64,000 nucleotides of DNA, taken from Octopus sinensis (taxonomy: Eukaryota). This document shows positions 1-13,114 of this stretch, one piece after another. Location of the stretch: positions 62,186,001-62,250,000 of the forward strand of contig NC_042997.1 in assembly GCF_006345805.1 (NCBI RefSeq), read 5' to 3'. The notes beneath the pieces were generated by a model that searched no databases, was not told where the DNA came from, and was given only the letters and a program-made list of their open reading frames with translations. Numbering within the stretch: position 1 is the stretch's first letter; each line of letters begins with the position of its first letter. Both the position numbers and the translations under genes were made by a program.

Positions 1-242
1 GAAGGAAAAGTGAAGAGAAGGGAGATGTATGTATGTTTACATATATATATATGTATATGTATGCGCGCGCGATGTATGTGTGTGTGTTTTGTGATTGTGT
101 CTGTCCCTTACCACTGCTTGACAACCGTCAGTTCGGCAAAAGAGGTTATAAAATAAGCAATAGGTTCAAAAACAAATAAAGTCCTGGGGTAGATTTGTTT
201 GACTATAATCCTTCGAGTCAAATAAAGGAAACGAGTAAAAGA

Positions 243-638
<396 letters not shown>

Positions 639-2842
639 GGTCGGTTGTATTCAAAAAGCACCTATTTAACAGTGTCGACCTACGAGTTAGAGCAAGTCAG
701 AAAGCAATACAATTTTTATTTGTGTCACCTTCTGACTTATCCTGGTAGATATGAAATTTAATGTGCTAGTCACAGTTGGAATACATCTAGTCAAGACTGA
801 CCTGGAAGTATGCAACCACACTGATTTCTAAATTTCGTACAAGGTCACAGATTTTCAGAATGGACACAGTTGGTTACATTGACTTTAATACTTGACTTTT
901 TCTGAACCTTTAGGAATAAAATCAAAGTTTGCCTTGAAAGGATTTGAATTCAAAATGTAAAGTGCTATAACAAAATACCATAACAAGGCACTTTGCTTGG
1001 CGATTTTGTCAATCTACTTTTAATTGCTGTGTGATATTAGCATGACTAATATTACACAATTGGTGTGATAAATTGATATGCTGTACTACATTGAATATTG
1101 GTTGTACTCTTGTAATTGACTGAAGGAATTTCATGTATTTATCATGCCACCAGCACTCGATTGTAAATAGAATCCAGAACGTTAGTAATGATAACATGTA
1201 CAATAAATATAATCAAAGACATCTATCTTGAGTGTACAATATACAGAAAGAAATCTATCTTGAGTGTACAATAAATACGCATATAGAAACAAAAAACATC
1301 TTCCTTGAATATAAAGCGCTAAGCTATAGAGAGCGGATGTGTGTTGATAAAAGTAAGACTAATTTCTTCTTAAATAAGAGATGAGTAAATACACATTCAC
1401 AAATACACGCACGTACGCGCTCATACACACACTCACACATACACATACAGGAAACATCTAACCAATTTGAAATATATGCTTCTTATGAAAAGGACATTTT
1501 CTGGTGGCCAGGAAGAAATCTGATTCTAGCAACTAGTTAATAGGGCCTTGGGATTCTGCTTCTGATGATGCAGTAACACATTGAAGCTGATGTATCCTGC
1601 TAAAATTAGTGGATCATTGCGATGACAACGGCAACGTCGACAGGAAACAGATAGACGCGCCTTTGTTTGAAATGTTTTTCTGCAGCTTGTTTCTGTGACC
1701 AAGACATAGTTCTAGGTTACGCACAGACCAATGCTGGCCATTTGGAATTCGGATTATAGCCCCGTGATCACTCGTAGTAGCAATACAGTCAGAATCAACC
1801 ACTGAAGTATAAGTGGTTAGTGGTTTATGTGAACAACAGTGGCTTAAGTATAATTTTGAGCGTTGATGAAGTTCGTCAGAGCAATCTCTTTTTGATGAAT
1901 TTCGGGTTGGAGATTATTGACAATTTCCAAAACTCATTAGTCTGGCAGTCCTATAGGGGGAATTATATGTTAGAGACAAGCTCTACACGTACCTCCATCA
2001 GACGAACCTGTTCAAAGTATGGTTAGTGTGACGAAATTGTGCTACACTTATTCGTTTAGTACCCACGTATTACCGCTTAGTTAGCAACTACTAGGACGAG
2101 TTCGGTTCTTTTGGGAAATATTTTCTTCCTTTGGCAAAGAAGGGCGGCTAGTTTCCCGCTATCTAGTGGCTGTGATGAAGGAGGTTATGTGGAGGATACA
2201 GTTAAATGGTCTGAAGAAAAGGATTTTCCCCGTCTAGTTAAACTTTCGTCAATGCTTATGTACCAATTCAAGAAGTAGTAGAGGATGGAGTGTGAGTTGC
2301 TATCCTAGCATGCTTTACGAAAGATGAGTGGCAGCTGTAAGATTGATAGGGCTGAATACCGCTTCCCACGGTTATTCGACAGTAAACAACAGGCCAGAAA
2401 GTAGCAGAAGTCATGTTTGAGGTTTTTACTGTGGCAGAATAAGCCGAGGCATTGCGTCGGAGTTTTTCCCGATTTACACTCAATTTTCCACCTAATTTTC
2501 TATTGACATTTTATTTTTATTGTTATTTATTGTTTTTGTTGATTTCACCTTTTACTACTCGATGTTATTTTCAGCATGTTATACATATATGTAAAACCTG
2601 GCATTTTGGTTATATGCTTGTTTACATCTTTTAAAAAGCACATTCCGAAGACAATTGGTATTATGGTAATTATTCCTGCTTCGTTTTCCACATTTATGCT
2701 ATCTTTATTTCCAGCTCTTTGTATTCTATCTAAATGAGACACTCGGCGTAGTCCGGGTGTCGGCTTGCGGCAAGTTTTTATGTAGTTCCTTTTTTTGTAT
2801 GTTGTCATATTTGTATCACTCTCTCTCTCCTCCCTCTCTCTC

Positions 2843-2923
<81 letters not shown>

Positions 2924-3325
2924 GTGTGTGTGCGTGTGTGTGTGTCTGTATGAGTGTGTGTGTGTTGTTATTTTCGTCCTTTGTTACCTGATTTCTTTTA
3001 CTGCCGGAATGTCTTGCCTCTATCGGCAAGTTCCACTTTGTTACCTGATTTCTTATGTATATTTCAGCGCTGCTGCATCGACTGTGGAAGACGGAGACAT
3101 TGCGGGGAATCACACTCGAACCGAGTAACAGGAATGCCATATTTATGTACTAAATTCTCGCATTTTAAAGAAGGTTAGTGGAGAATGAGTGATAATTGAC
3201 CAGAAGCAATTTTAGGGGGAGGACTGTTTACGACGTTTCTACTAAAAGAGTTTCAGATCAGAGAGTATGCTACGTGTTACGAAGGCATACTCGTTTGCTT
3301 GTGTCAACTGGCTGTACGGTACTTA

Positions 3326-3733
3326 GGCAGAACCGTTAGCACGCCGGGCGAAATGCTTAGCGGTATTTTGTCTGCCGTTACGTTGTGAGTTCAAATTCCG
3401 CAGAAGTCGACTTTACCTTTCATCCTTTCGGGGTCGATAAATTAAGTACCAGTTACGCACTGGGGTCGATGTAATCGACTTAATACCTATGTCTGTCCTT
3501 GTTTGTCCCCTCTGTGTTTAGCCCATTGTGGGTAATAAAGAAATAGGTATTTTGTCTGCCGTTACGTTGTGAGTTCAAATTCCGCCGAAGTCGACTTTAC
3601 CTTTCATCCTTTCGGGGTCGATAAATTAAGTACCAGTTACGCACTGGGGTCGATGTAATCGACTTAATACCTATGTCTGTCTTTGTTTGTCCCCTCTATG
3701 TTTAGCCCCTTGTGGGTAATAAAGAAATAGGTA
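3326..3733 (+). mobile_element. tRNA-derived SINE (ggcagaaccgttagcacg family) with a 184-bp tandemly duplicated core+tail
   Basis: Head fragment, B-box-like GAGTTCAAATTCC, core repeated elsewhere in the window (37.5-37.9, 44.8-45.0, 46.4-46.9 kb); unit from 3362 repeats from 3546. Confidence 0.75.
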
Positions 3734-4069
3734 CTTAAGAAACCCAAGCCTTGAGTTGAGAAAAACCTTGTGAGTAGATTTGGTAGACGGCAACTTTTGT
3801 GTATTATCTTTTAGTTATTTCAGTCATTTTTGACTGCGAACATGCTGGGGCACGACATTGAAGGGTTTTAGTCAACAAATAGAACCCAGTGCTCATTTCA
3901 TAAAGCCTGGTACTCATTCTATCTGTTACTTGTGCCGAACTGCTAAGTTACGGGGGCATAAATATACCAACACCGGTTGTCGAGCTGTGATGGGCAACAC
4001 AGACACAAAGACACACATATATACATACACACACATGGACACACACACATTTACTACAGGCATGTTTAT

Positions 4070-4114
4070 GGACCATTGATGAGGTCACAGAAGTGTGACG
4101 AAAGAACTCTGGCC
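4070..4114 (+). ncRNA. Degenerate minimal hammerhead ribozyme motif in a solo PLE-type terminal repeat (repeat about 4070-4228)
   Basis: GGACCA-(U)UGAUGA-G-GUCAC/GUGAC-GAAA-GAAC-UC-UGGCC; C3 is changed to U; same family as the arms of the 22808-23222 palindrome. Confidence 0.55.
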
Positions 4115-4293
4115 GAAATACGATTAATATAAAATAAAGTTGAAGCAAATGAACACCAAATGTATAGTGTGTGTGTGTGTTTATTGGCTAAAGTGGCAAC
4201 ATGACCGTCCCCAAATACAACAATATATGTGTGTGTGTGTGTGAGTGTGTGTGTGCGCGTGCGTATGTGTGTATGTATATATATATATATATA

Positions 4294-5116
4294 CGGTATC
4301 TGATCAATAATTATTCGGACTATTGCCATAGTAACGAAGCTAAAGCACACAGAGTAAAGCCGCTTAGCACAGATTAACTTTAAACTTTGTTGTGCATGCG
4401 CACTAAGTTCTAGCTCACTTCCGCTGTCTACAGCAGTACTCTGAAGGAAGGTGTGTAGCGTATGATCGTCTCATTGACCATGACAGAGAAATTTGTCGTG
4501 GCAATACCAGCTCAGAGGCCTACACAAAGTTGCAGAAAATATATGGAGAGGAGTGTATGAACCACACACAAGTGTACAAGTGGTTCAGACTTTCCAAGGT
4601 GGCCGAAAAAATGTCGATACTGATGAACGTTCTGGGAGACACGCAACTAGCAGAACTGAGAAAGACATCGCAGATATGAAGGGTAATCGTCGTATCACCA
4701 TCCGTGAGTTATCGGAGGATGTGCAGATTAGTTACGGCTCATTTCAATACATTAGCACTGAAGATTTGGGTATGAGACGCGTGTCTGCCAAGTTTCTGCG
4801 AAAACTGCTTTCAGCTGACCAAAAACACACTCGAGTTTCAGTTGCACACGATCTCTTTGATTGTGTCTTTTCTGAAAAATTTGCGTTGATCTCTGAGTTG
4901 GTATCGCCAAGCTTTTAGCAAAATTTGATGCAGATTCTCTGCTCAATTTTCTCTGTTATGCTACACACCATCCTTCCAAGAACTGCTGTAAACAGCGGAA
5001 GCGTGATAGAAGGTTAAAAGTTAGTGCGCATGCATAGCATGTGTGCTAAGCAGTTTCACTGCGTCCTTTAGCTTCGTTACTATGGCAACAGACTAGATAC
5101 CTGTTGATCAGACCGC
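4294..5116 (+). mobile_element. Internally deleted mariner element
   Basis: Roughly 140-bp imperfect TIRs (cggtatctgatcaa...ttgatcagaccg) after TA; ORF 4493-4918 has mariner N-terminal motifs (DTDERSGRHATS, ITIRELSE, LGMRRVSAKFLRKLL); catalytic domain absent. Confidence 0.85.
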
Positions 5117-5149
5117 ATATATTATAATTACGCTTCCAATTAAAAGGTC

Positions 5150-5226
<77 letters not shown>

Positions 5227-5230
<4 letters not shown>

Positions 5231-6157
5231 GCGGGGAATAAAATATCTAAATTAATGAAAATAATCCCGACATCTCATTTTAAAAGATATGTTTACCAAA
5301 ATTACATAAAATCTTGAAATACTAAAGAGTAAATCTATTCAATAAAACCAAGGCCTCCAGGTGACTTCGGAATCTCCTGTGTGGAAGATGAATGGAGACA
5401 TAATGGTCGCCATCACTAGTGATCACTCCAAACACCATGATGTTGACTGGATGTTTGGTTTTTATCACTCCCGGTACATGTTTCGGGGATACGGCAAGCC
5501 AACGGTTGCTCTGTGTGTTCACCTTCTGATCCTAACAGAATTTTTTCTCGTATGAGAAAAACGAAAGCATGTTCAGTTGGAGGGAATGTTTGTGTTTGTT
5601 CAAAAGTTTCGTAGCGCGGTCTTTCCTCTTGTCCTTGGTGGCTTGGGATAAAAATTGGCCCTTTCTTATCTTGTATGTGGAATACCGAATGTCTTCAAGC
5701 ACTACCCGCTTGATAAGAAACTCAGACACTTCCATGTTCCTGGCGATGGACCTGATTGACTTGGAGAGATCGTTGTCAATCATGGCCTGGATCTCACCAA
5801 CAAATTCAGGAATTCTTTTCTTATTAGAACGAACAGCGTGAGTTTTCTGTGCTGCCGTCCCTTCTTAACCACCATTAGATTCAGCCAACACTTTCTTAAT
5901 CATCTGCACTGTCCTCAGATTGACACCCAAACACTCTGAAATGTTCGTATTGGAGATTACGGCGGGAATGCCAAGCATATCATTTCCAAAATTTCTGGCA
6001 GAGTGAATTGCGTCATGGTGCGTCATGGTGCTGTTTTCCTCACAGACGGTGCCCAATTGACCCTACCATATTGTATACTCGACAAAACCAAAAATAAACA
6101 ATACGCACGTGCAAAATTAAAAATATAAAATGACGGTAATTTACCCATCGCAACCTG
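5227..6157 (-). mobile_element. Degenerate Tc1/mariner element, maT (DD37D)-like
   Basis: Minus-strand fragments KSIRSIAR, FSYEKKFC (FSDEK-like), QSNRWLAVSP, KTKHPVNIMVFGVITSDGD; weakly matching termini flanked by TA; C-terminal half missing. Confidence 0.75.
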
Positions 6158-6827
6158 TATATTTATTTTCATATAGCTACTTGTATTAGTCTTTGTGTTA
6201 GTTTCACTTTATTTCCTAGACACACTTCTCACCGTACAAAAACTTTATTTACTAATATACACTCTAAAAGGATGGACAAAGAAAAGAGAAAATGGGAAAA
6301 AAACGGGAGGGGGAAAACAGCGGAAGACAGAGCAGCGATGGGTCACTTATCCCAAAACAAGAGGGTTGCTCAGCCGCGCCCCGCGCCGATGACTCCAGTG
6401 GCGTTGCCATGGAAAATGGCTAGCGAAACTCGCTGAAGTAGCCAAACCACTTGCAGAAAATCCCAACATTCTATGATCGCAAAATTTGCAGATTTGTATT
6501 TCATATTCTGTGTTGGAATTTCACCGAGATCAACTTTGCCTTTTATCCTTCCGAGACCAATGAATTGAACTATCAGACTATGACTGCTTCAGTTTAGTCT
6601 TCTTAATGGTATTGTGCTTAAATTAGAAGTCATTAATCATTATTTATCATTCTCATATTTTATGCTTGTTTTTACTGTATAAATCACATGCAGTTTCATG
6701 TGCATTGAATTACAAAGAAATAAAGAAACATATTATCATTATTTTAAAAGGCATTATTTGAAATAAATCATTGCTATGAATAAAAGAAATCATAATTATT
6801 ACAAAGACACTCATTATTATTGTTATT

Positions 6828-6964
<137 letters not shown>

Positions 6965-7410
6965 TGCATGTTTTCATTATGTGTCTGAGCGTAGCTCTGT
7001 ATGCTTTGCTTATATGCAATCCATTGTTTTGTTATTCTACTTTTCTATTGTAATAAAAGTATCCTGCCTAGTATGCGTGCAGTGCTTATTAGTGCCGTTA
7101 TTTTGTTGTGTATAAATGCACGCCTTGAGGTTTCTGTTATGTAATTTGCCTACGTCTTTTTAAAATCATTCTCTAGACAGCTCTTAGTATACGTATTATT
7201 TCTTTTTGCGTCCCCACACTCTTGAATTAGGATATTTTCTCCATTTCTGTTAGGGAAGCATTATCACCTGTTGGAACTGATACATCTAACAGGAGGCGCT
7301 TCCTTTCTTGGTAGTACTTAACAACAATATCCCATCGATAAGCTTGATCTTCCTGTCTGTGGAGATTGGTATATTCCACTTTGTTATTTTAAGGGACCTT
7401 TCGAAGCGCA
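6965..7410 (-). mobile_element. Degenerate 3' end of an R4/Dong-like non-LTR retrotransposon
   Basis: Minus translation KWNIPISTDRKIK followed by a decayed REL region; ends in (TAA)n. Confidence 0.6.
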
Positions 7411-7461
7411 TATTTACATTTTTTTGGTGTCGGTATTCATAATGCAGGGACAAATTTTACG

Positions 7462-7464
<3 letters not shown>

Positions 7465-7492
<28 letters not shown>

Positions 7493-7620
7493 TGTATGTA
7501 TGTATGTATGTATGCATGCATGTATGTATGTATGTATGTATGTATGTATGTATGTATGTATGTATGTATGTATGTATGTATGTATGTATGTATGTATGTA
7601 TGATTGCATGCATATATGTA
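7465..7620. repeat. (ATGT)n microsatellite
   Basis: Direct tetranucleotide run. Confidence 0.95.
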
Positions 7621-8655
7621 TGTCTCTTGTTTTTTAATTATTATAAATCTTCCACTGACGAAGGAGTCGGTTTCCAACGAAGATATAAGGCTCTGTCTTT
7701 GGGATGTAGTTGACACAAACAAATTCACATTTGGAACTTGAAGAAAGTCTTGCATATTTTTACTGTTTCACTCACAGATTGCACTTGTAAATTTTGAATT
7801 AGCCGGTCGATTTCTCTTTCTGAAAATCCCAGTTTATCCAGATTCTCCTTTAAGCATTTACTAACAAAACCTAGTGTTCTAATTATTTTGGTATGAATAT
7901 GAACTCATAGTTTGGATATAGAAGCTGAAGGTTTCGAAGCAGTTGTCCGTAGATATCCTCTTTTTCTTTGAATTTCAAAGAGACATTTATATCTGCAGGG
8001 CAGCTGACCTCTATGATGGTACATACCTTTGCCCCTCTGTCCCAAACAGCAATATCCGGCCTGTTATGTTTGCATTTGATAGAAGGTTTGATGGGAATAT
8101 TCCACCAGTATTTCTCGAGTTGGTGTTCACGAATGTATTCTATAACAGAGGGATTTTCTAAGTGTATTTCAGGACAGTCCTTTTTGCGGATAGCATTGTA
8201 AATTGTTTTAGCGACAACATCGTGCCGCATAGGGAAGTAGTACCGTGACGACATGCGTGATGTCTTCCACAGAAACATGACATAGCCTACACATGCAGTT
8301 GTACTTTGGGATTACAAGAGCATCAGTGTCTCTCTTGTTCACTGGGTACTTTGTGGCAATCTCCTGTTCCTGGATTGCAAACACACAGCCTTCAAAGTGT
8401 GATGTGATGTAGTAATCTTGTGTCCAAGAGAGGCTGTGCTTCGTGTCAATTCTACTGTCTTCAAGCTTCCAGGCAACATACCCATGCATTGTCTTTTTCT
8501 TGTATGCTGGGTGCTTTCCATCCAAGTTTTCTCTGAGGTAATAGAGTCCAGCTGTTTTGGAGCTGTATAGATCATTAGGAAGAGAGTGTTTCTTGAGGAA
8601 TTCATTGCCAACTCGTACAATGTTGCCCACTTCATTTTCATCACTGCATTTATAT
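7621..8655 (-). mobile_element. 5'-truncated R4-like REL retrotransposon (zinc finger, REL endonuclease, 3' UTR)
   Basis: TMHGYV, ITSHFEGCVFAIQEQEI, CRLCHVSVEDITH, RHDVVAKT, KHNRPDI, IIEVSCP, KEKEDIY, C-terminal TVKICKTFFKF; frameshifts; 3' end abuts (TACA)n. Confidence 0.9.
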
Positions 8656-8659
8656 ATTT

Positions 8660-9541
8660 ATTTTTACTTCAGCTTTATGTTAACATCCACTGGGCAGCTA
8701 ATTTCCTCAACTCTGCACAGTTTCTCTTCTCTATTCCAAATCATTATATCAGGTCTGTTGTGCTTGTATTTTATTGAAGTCTTCACTAGTACATTCCACC
8801 AGTATTCCTTTTCATTATGAGTGGGTATGGCTTCTACCATATTATGGGCTTTTATTTCTTTGTCCTCGAGATTATCCTTTCAACCGATTTCATTATAGAG
8901 TGTCCTAGCTACAACGTCATGTCTCACCGGTAGATTATACCATGACATTTTCGGACAACTGCTTATGATGTGGGTGATATCTTCAGTGTGAACAAAGTTT
9001 GCATCGGTTGTCACATTTTACTGCTTTTCCTGCATCTCTCTTCATTTTGTGCGTCAGGTACTTGGTTGATATTTCCTGTCTCTGGATTTCAAACGCATAC
9101 CCTTCAAAGTGGGAGGTAGTGATCCAGTTATTAGTCCATATTAAACTGCTTTGATGATCAATGTTACTATCAATACAGATCTTTCTACTAACATATCCAT
9201 GCATAGTATTCTGCTCATATAGGCTCATCCTTTCATCTGATGATACGTTGCGGTAGAGTCGTGCAACATCTATGGGTATATATTCTACGTTATCAGACAC
9301 AGAGTGTTGCTCAAGGAGCTGCCTTCAAGTCTTATGATGTTATCAGCCTCGTGTATGCAAACATGGCCAGGAGATGCACTTCGACGCTTAGTGGTTAAAA
9401 GATGTTGCTGAAGGGATATGATGTGACATTCAAAGGTATTTTGGATAGATGTTAAGCCTCTGCCACCTTGTTTACGTTTTAGGCAGAGACGGTCTACATC
9501 ACTGTTTATGCGGAAATTATGTGTGCTTGTTAGTATTTTTA
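8660..9541 (-). mobile_element. Second R4-like REL fragment, truncated at both ends
   Basis: SDVDRLCLKRKQGGRGL, TMHGYV, TSHFEGYAFEIQRQEI, CKLCSH, RHDVVAR, HNRPDI; stops partway through the endonuclease. Confidence 0.88.
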
Positions 9542-9544
9542 TGT

Positions 9545-9684
9545 ATATATGTATATATGCATGCATGTATGTATGCATGTATGTATGTATTATGTATGTA
9601 TGTATGTATGTATGTATGTATGTATGTATGTATGTATGTATGTATGTGTGTGTGTGTATATGTATGTATGTACGTATGTATGTA
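9545..9684. repeat. (ATGT)n-rich microsatellite
   Basis: Direct run at the 5' junction of the REL element. Confidence 0.9.
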
Positions 9685-9790
9685 TCAATGTGATTATTCC
9701 GTTTTATTTCAAGATTTCATGCCAATAGAGAAAGAGTAGGTTTCTAACCTAGATCCAAGACTCCTTCATTAGAATTTCAACAACAACCAT

Positions 9791-10170
9791 GGCACTCCGT
9801 CGGTTACGACGACGTGGGTTTCATTTGATCCGGTCAACGTAACAACTTGCTCGTGAAATTAACTTGCAAGTGGCTGAGCACTCCACAAACACATGTACCC
9901 TTAACGTAGTTCTCGAGGAAATTCAGCATGACACAGAGTATGACAAGGCTGACCCTTTGAAATACAGGTACAACAAAATCAGGAAGAAAGAGTGAAAGAA
10001 AGTTGTGGTGAAAGAATACAGCAGAGTTCGTCATCACCCCATGCCGGATCATTGTGGAGCTTTAGGTGTTTTCGCTCAATAAACACTCACTCCGCTCGGT
10101 CTGGGAATCGAAACCGCGATCCTATGACCGTGAGTCTGCTGCCCTAACCACTGGGCCTTTGCGCCTACAC
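9791..10170 (-). mobile_element. Full-length tRNA-derived SINE
   Basis: A box (GGCCCAGTGG) and B box (GGTTTCGATTCC) on the minus strand; body matches 15144-15440; tail ends cgtaaccgacggagtgcc. Confidence 0.85.
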
Positions 10171-10388
10171 TCAGCATCAACAACAGGGTATGTATGTATG
10201 TATGTATGTATGTATGTATGTATGTATGTATGTATGTATGTATGTATGCATGCATGTATGTATGTATGTATGTATGTATGTATGTATGTATGTATGTATG
10301 TATGTATGTATGTATGTATGTATGTATGTTTGTACTTATGTATGTATGTATGTATGTATGTATGTATGTATGTATGTTTGTATGTATG

Positions 10389-10798
10389 CAGATTTGTATG
10401 TTTTGTTTTATGTATATCTCCTCATGCATATACTTGCATGCCTAGACATGCTCATATATACTTAAATGATAAACTTCTGAAAGGTTTTACAGATTTTTAC
10501 AGTTCCTGTGATGGCTTGGATCATTATTCTTCGAATCAACTTTCTCCTTTCTAGTTTTGAGGAGCCTAATTTCTCAAGATTGGTATTTAGGGTTGCAATC
10601 CTAGTGCCCCAATAATTCCAGGTGTAATTACAACCTGAACTTGTAATCTGGATAGAATAACGATAGATTTCTCAATAGTTCAGCATAAGAATTCTCTTTT
10701 TCCCTGATCTTCAGCTTTATGCTAACGTCCGCTGGGCAGCTGATTTCCACAATTGTACACAGTTTCTCTGATCTATTCCAAATCATTATATCTGGTCT
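10389..10798 (-). mobile_element. 5'-truncated R4-like REL 3' end, copy 1
   Basis: RPDIMIW, IVEISCPAD, KIREKENSY, TVKICKTFQKF; (ATGT)n on both sides. Confidence 0.88.
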
Positions 10799-10859
10799 AT
10801 GTATGTATGTATGTATGTATGTGTATGTATGTATGTATGTATGTATGTTTGTATGTATG

Positions 10860-11269
10860 CAGATTTGTATGTTTTGTTTTATGTATATCTCCTCATGCAT
10901 ATACTTGCATGCCTAGACATGCTCATATATACTTAAATGATAAACTTCTGAAAGGTTTTACAGATTTTTACAGTTCCTGTGATGGCTTGGATCATTATTC
11001 TTCGAATCAACTTTCTCCTTTCTAGTTTTGAGGAGCCTAATTTCTCAAGATTGGTATTTAGGGTTGCAATCCTAGTGCCCCAATAATTCCAGGTGTAATT
11101 ACAACCTGAACTTGTAATCTGGATAGAATAACGATAGATTTCTCAATAGTTCAGCATAAGAATTCTCTTTTTCCCTGATCTTCAGCTTTATGCTAACGTC
11201 CGCTGGGCAGCTGATTTCCACAATTGTACACAGTTTCTCTGATCTATTCCAAATCATTATATCTGGTCT
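10860..11269 (-). mobile_element. 5'-truncated R4-like REL 3' end, copy 2 (apparently identical, period 471 bp)
   Basis: Sequence and truncation point match 10389-10798. Confidence 0.88.
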
Positions 11270-11639
11270 ATGTATGTATGTATGTATGTATGTATGTATG
11301 TATGTATGTATGTATGTATGTATGTATGTATGTATGTATGTATGTATGTATGTATGTATGAATGTATGCGTTAGACAGCAATGGGTCGCTTAGGTTTCAT
11401 AACAGAAAACCCTCGATTATTTGTTTAAAGCGAACAGCAAAAGGTGCGTTGTCAGGGCTGTAGTGGCAGTGGTGCGATGTAACAACAAATCCACACGAGT
11501 AATCATGTGCGGATTTCCGGAAGTACTTCATTCGATGTCAAAATACGCAAAGTATTACAAAAACCGGAAAATAGTAATTGAAACACGAGAGATACCGAAT
11601 AGTTGCATTTGGTGTAAATCACCCAGTTTGGATGGTGAA

Positions 11640-11930
11640 CCTACCACCTTTACATGTACATGTCAGACTTGCTTGGAAACCTCTTGGCAGATGTCCATCG
11701 CAAATACTGAGAAATACGCCAACAAGGGACACGTCAAAGATAACTTTCGGCCTAAAACTCTGCTAAGCACGGAGTTTAAGATGTTGGCAAAATCTTAACG
11801 AAAAGACTGGCACTTTCCGGCGGTCTAGTAGTGAAATACAAACAAATTTCGGGTTTCTGGACAGTTTGGATTACCACTGCAACAAGAAAACTTTACGTGA
11901 AATTTTGTAAGTTATATCTCAAAGATGATA
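11640..11930 (+). pseudogene. Decayed L1/Tx1-clade reverse transcriptase fragment
   Basis: NKGHVKDNFRPKTLLSTEFKMLAK, then (frameshift) LTKRLAL; matches the RPITLLNxDxKILAK RT motif. Confidence 0.65.
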
Positions 11931-12244
11931 GGACGAGAAGCCTACCTGAATTTTGTGGGATGGGAAATCCCTTAAAGAAGGGAATTAAAGCTTAATTTTT
12001 CTCGCACGCGCCGCTACTAGATAGACATCAAAGAAGGTTTCACCCCATGTTTCTACCAAGAAAATGTCTCGGCGCGATGAAATTATTAGAGGGTTACCTT
12101 TTACTGTGTGTGAGACCTTTTACTGTGTGTGAGAAATAAATATCGTCGACACTGCTTCAACAAAATGCACCCACGTAGAGGGTGGCAGTAGCAGTAAACT
12201 CAGCAGCAGCAGCATTTATATTTTCTTCTTTCTTTGCGCCCTTT

Positions 12245-12479
12245 TAAAGCTTAACTAGGCTGATGGGCCCGGTTTCCCAGTTTTTATGGCGTATGTTTTC
12301 CCCAGCTGGACGGGAGGCCAATCCATCGCAGCGTTACTCATTTTTGCCAGCTGAGTGGACTGGAGCAACGTGAAGTGAATTTTGCTCAAGAACACAACGC
12401 GTCGCCCGGTCCAAGAATCGAAACCACAATCTTACGATCATGGTGCTGACACTCTAACCACTAAACCACGCGCCTCCAC
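12245..12479 (-). mobile_element. tRNA-derived SINE with alternative (gaaaccgggccc) tail
   Basis: Head gtggaggcgcgtggtttagtggttag, shared central ttgctccagtccactcagctgg segment, distinct tail. Confidence 0.75.
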
Positions 12480-13114
12480 GCATTTATACTACATAAACTT
12501 TTATTAAGAACAGTGGAAATGCCTGTAATAGTAAACATAATAATATCAATAAGAGCACTGAAAGAAAGTTTGCTTAGTTAACCCTACGCTCAGAAGCGAA
12601 GCAGGGTTGTAATCGCTCATTGTGCTTTTGAAAAATTACTGAAAAACGACCGAACGGATTTTCACCAAATTTGGCAGAAATACTCATTGGGTAATTGGCT
12701 CAAACTCATTGAATTCTGGTTTGATTATCTTAGAAACTGGCGGACGGGTGAATCAAAATGTTTTTTCTTTGTTACATATGCACAAACGATAAGCAGTAGA
12801 AATAACTCTTGATGTCATTTTGTTGAAATATGAATTCGTTAGAGAATATATTTATTAGATTAAATTTTATTTTATTCTTGTGTGTGCGCAGGGTATGCAT
12901 CGCCCCTCCGATATCTTTTTTTTTCATTTAGAATTGTAACGATAGCTAAGTGCTCACTGTCAAGTATTGTTATAATACCTGGAACATCGGACACAACAGC
13001 TACCAGTGTGGCAGTATCAGCAGTAAGACCTGCAGAATCAGTACAAAAAATGTGACAGTGGCAGTATTGTTAAGGTGGTAGGATTTGAAGAAAGTGTGGC
13101 CATTAGTTATTGTA

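Noticed and set aside
1220-1273. Short tandem duplications here and at 12108-12135
   Set aside because: Ordinary local slippage of about 20-30 bp
1614-2483. GC-richer unique stretch with short ORFs, possibly a host exon or decayed gag-like sequence
   Set aside because: No recognisable motif; stops in all frames; resemblance to the 26554 ORF too weak to support
7655-7690. CTGACGAAGG motif resembling a hammerhead start
   Set aside because: No GAAA/stem III/NUH follows; it is antisense to a retroelement 3' UTR
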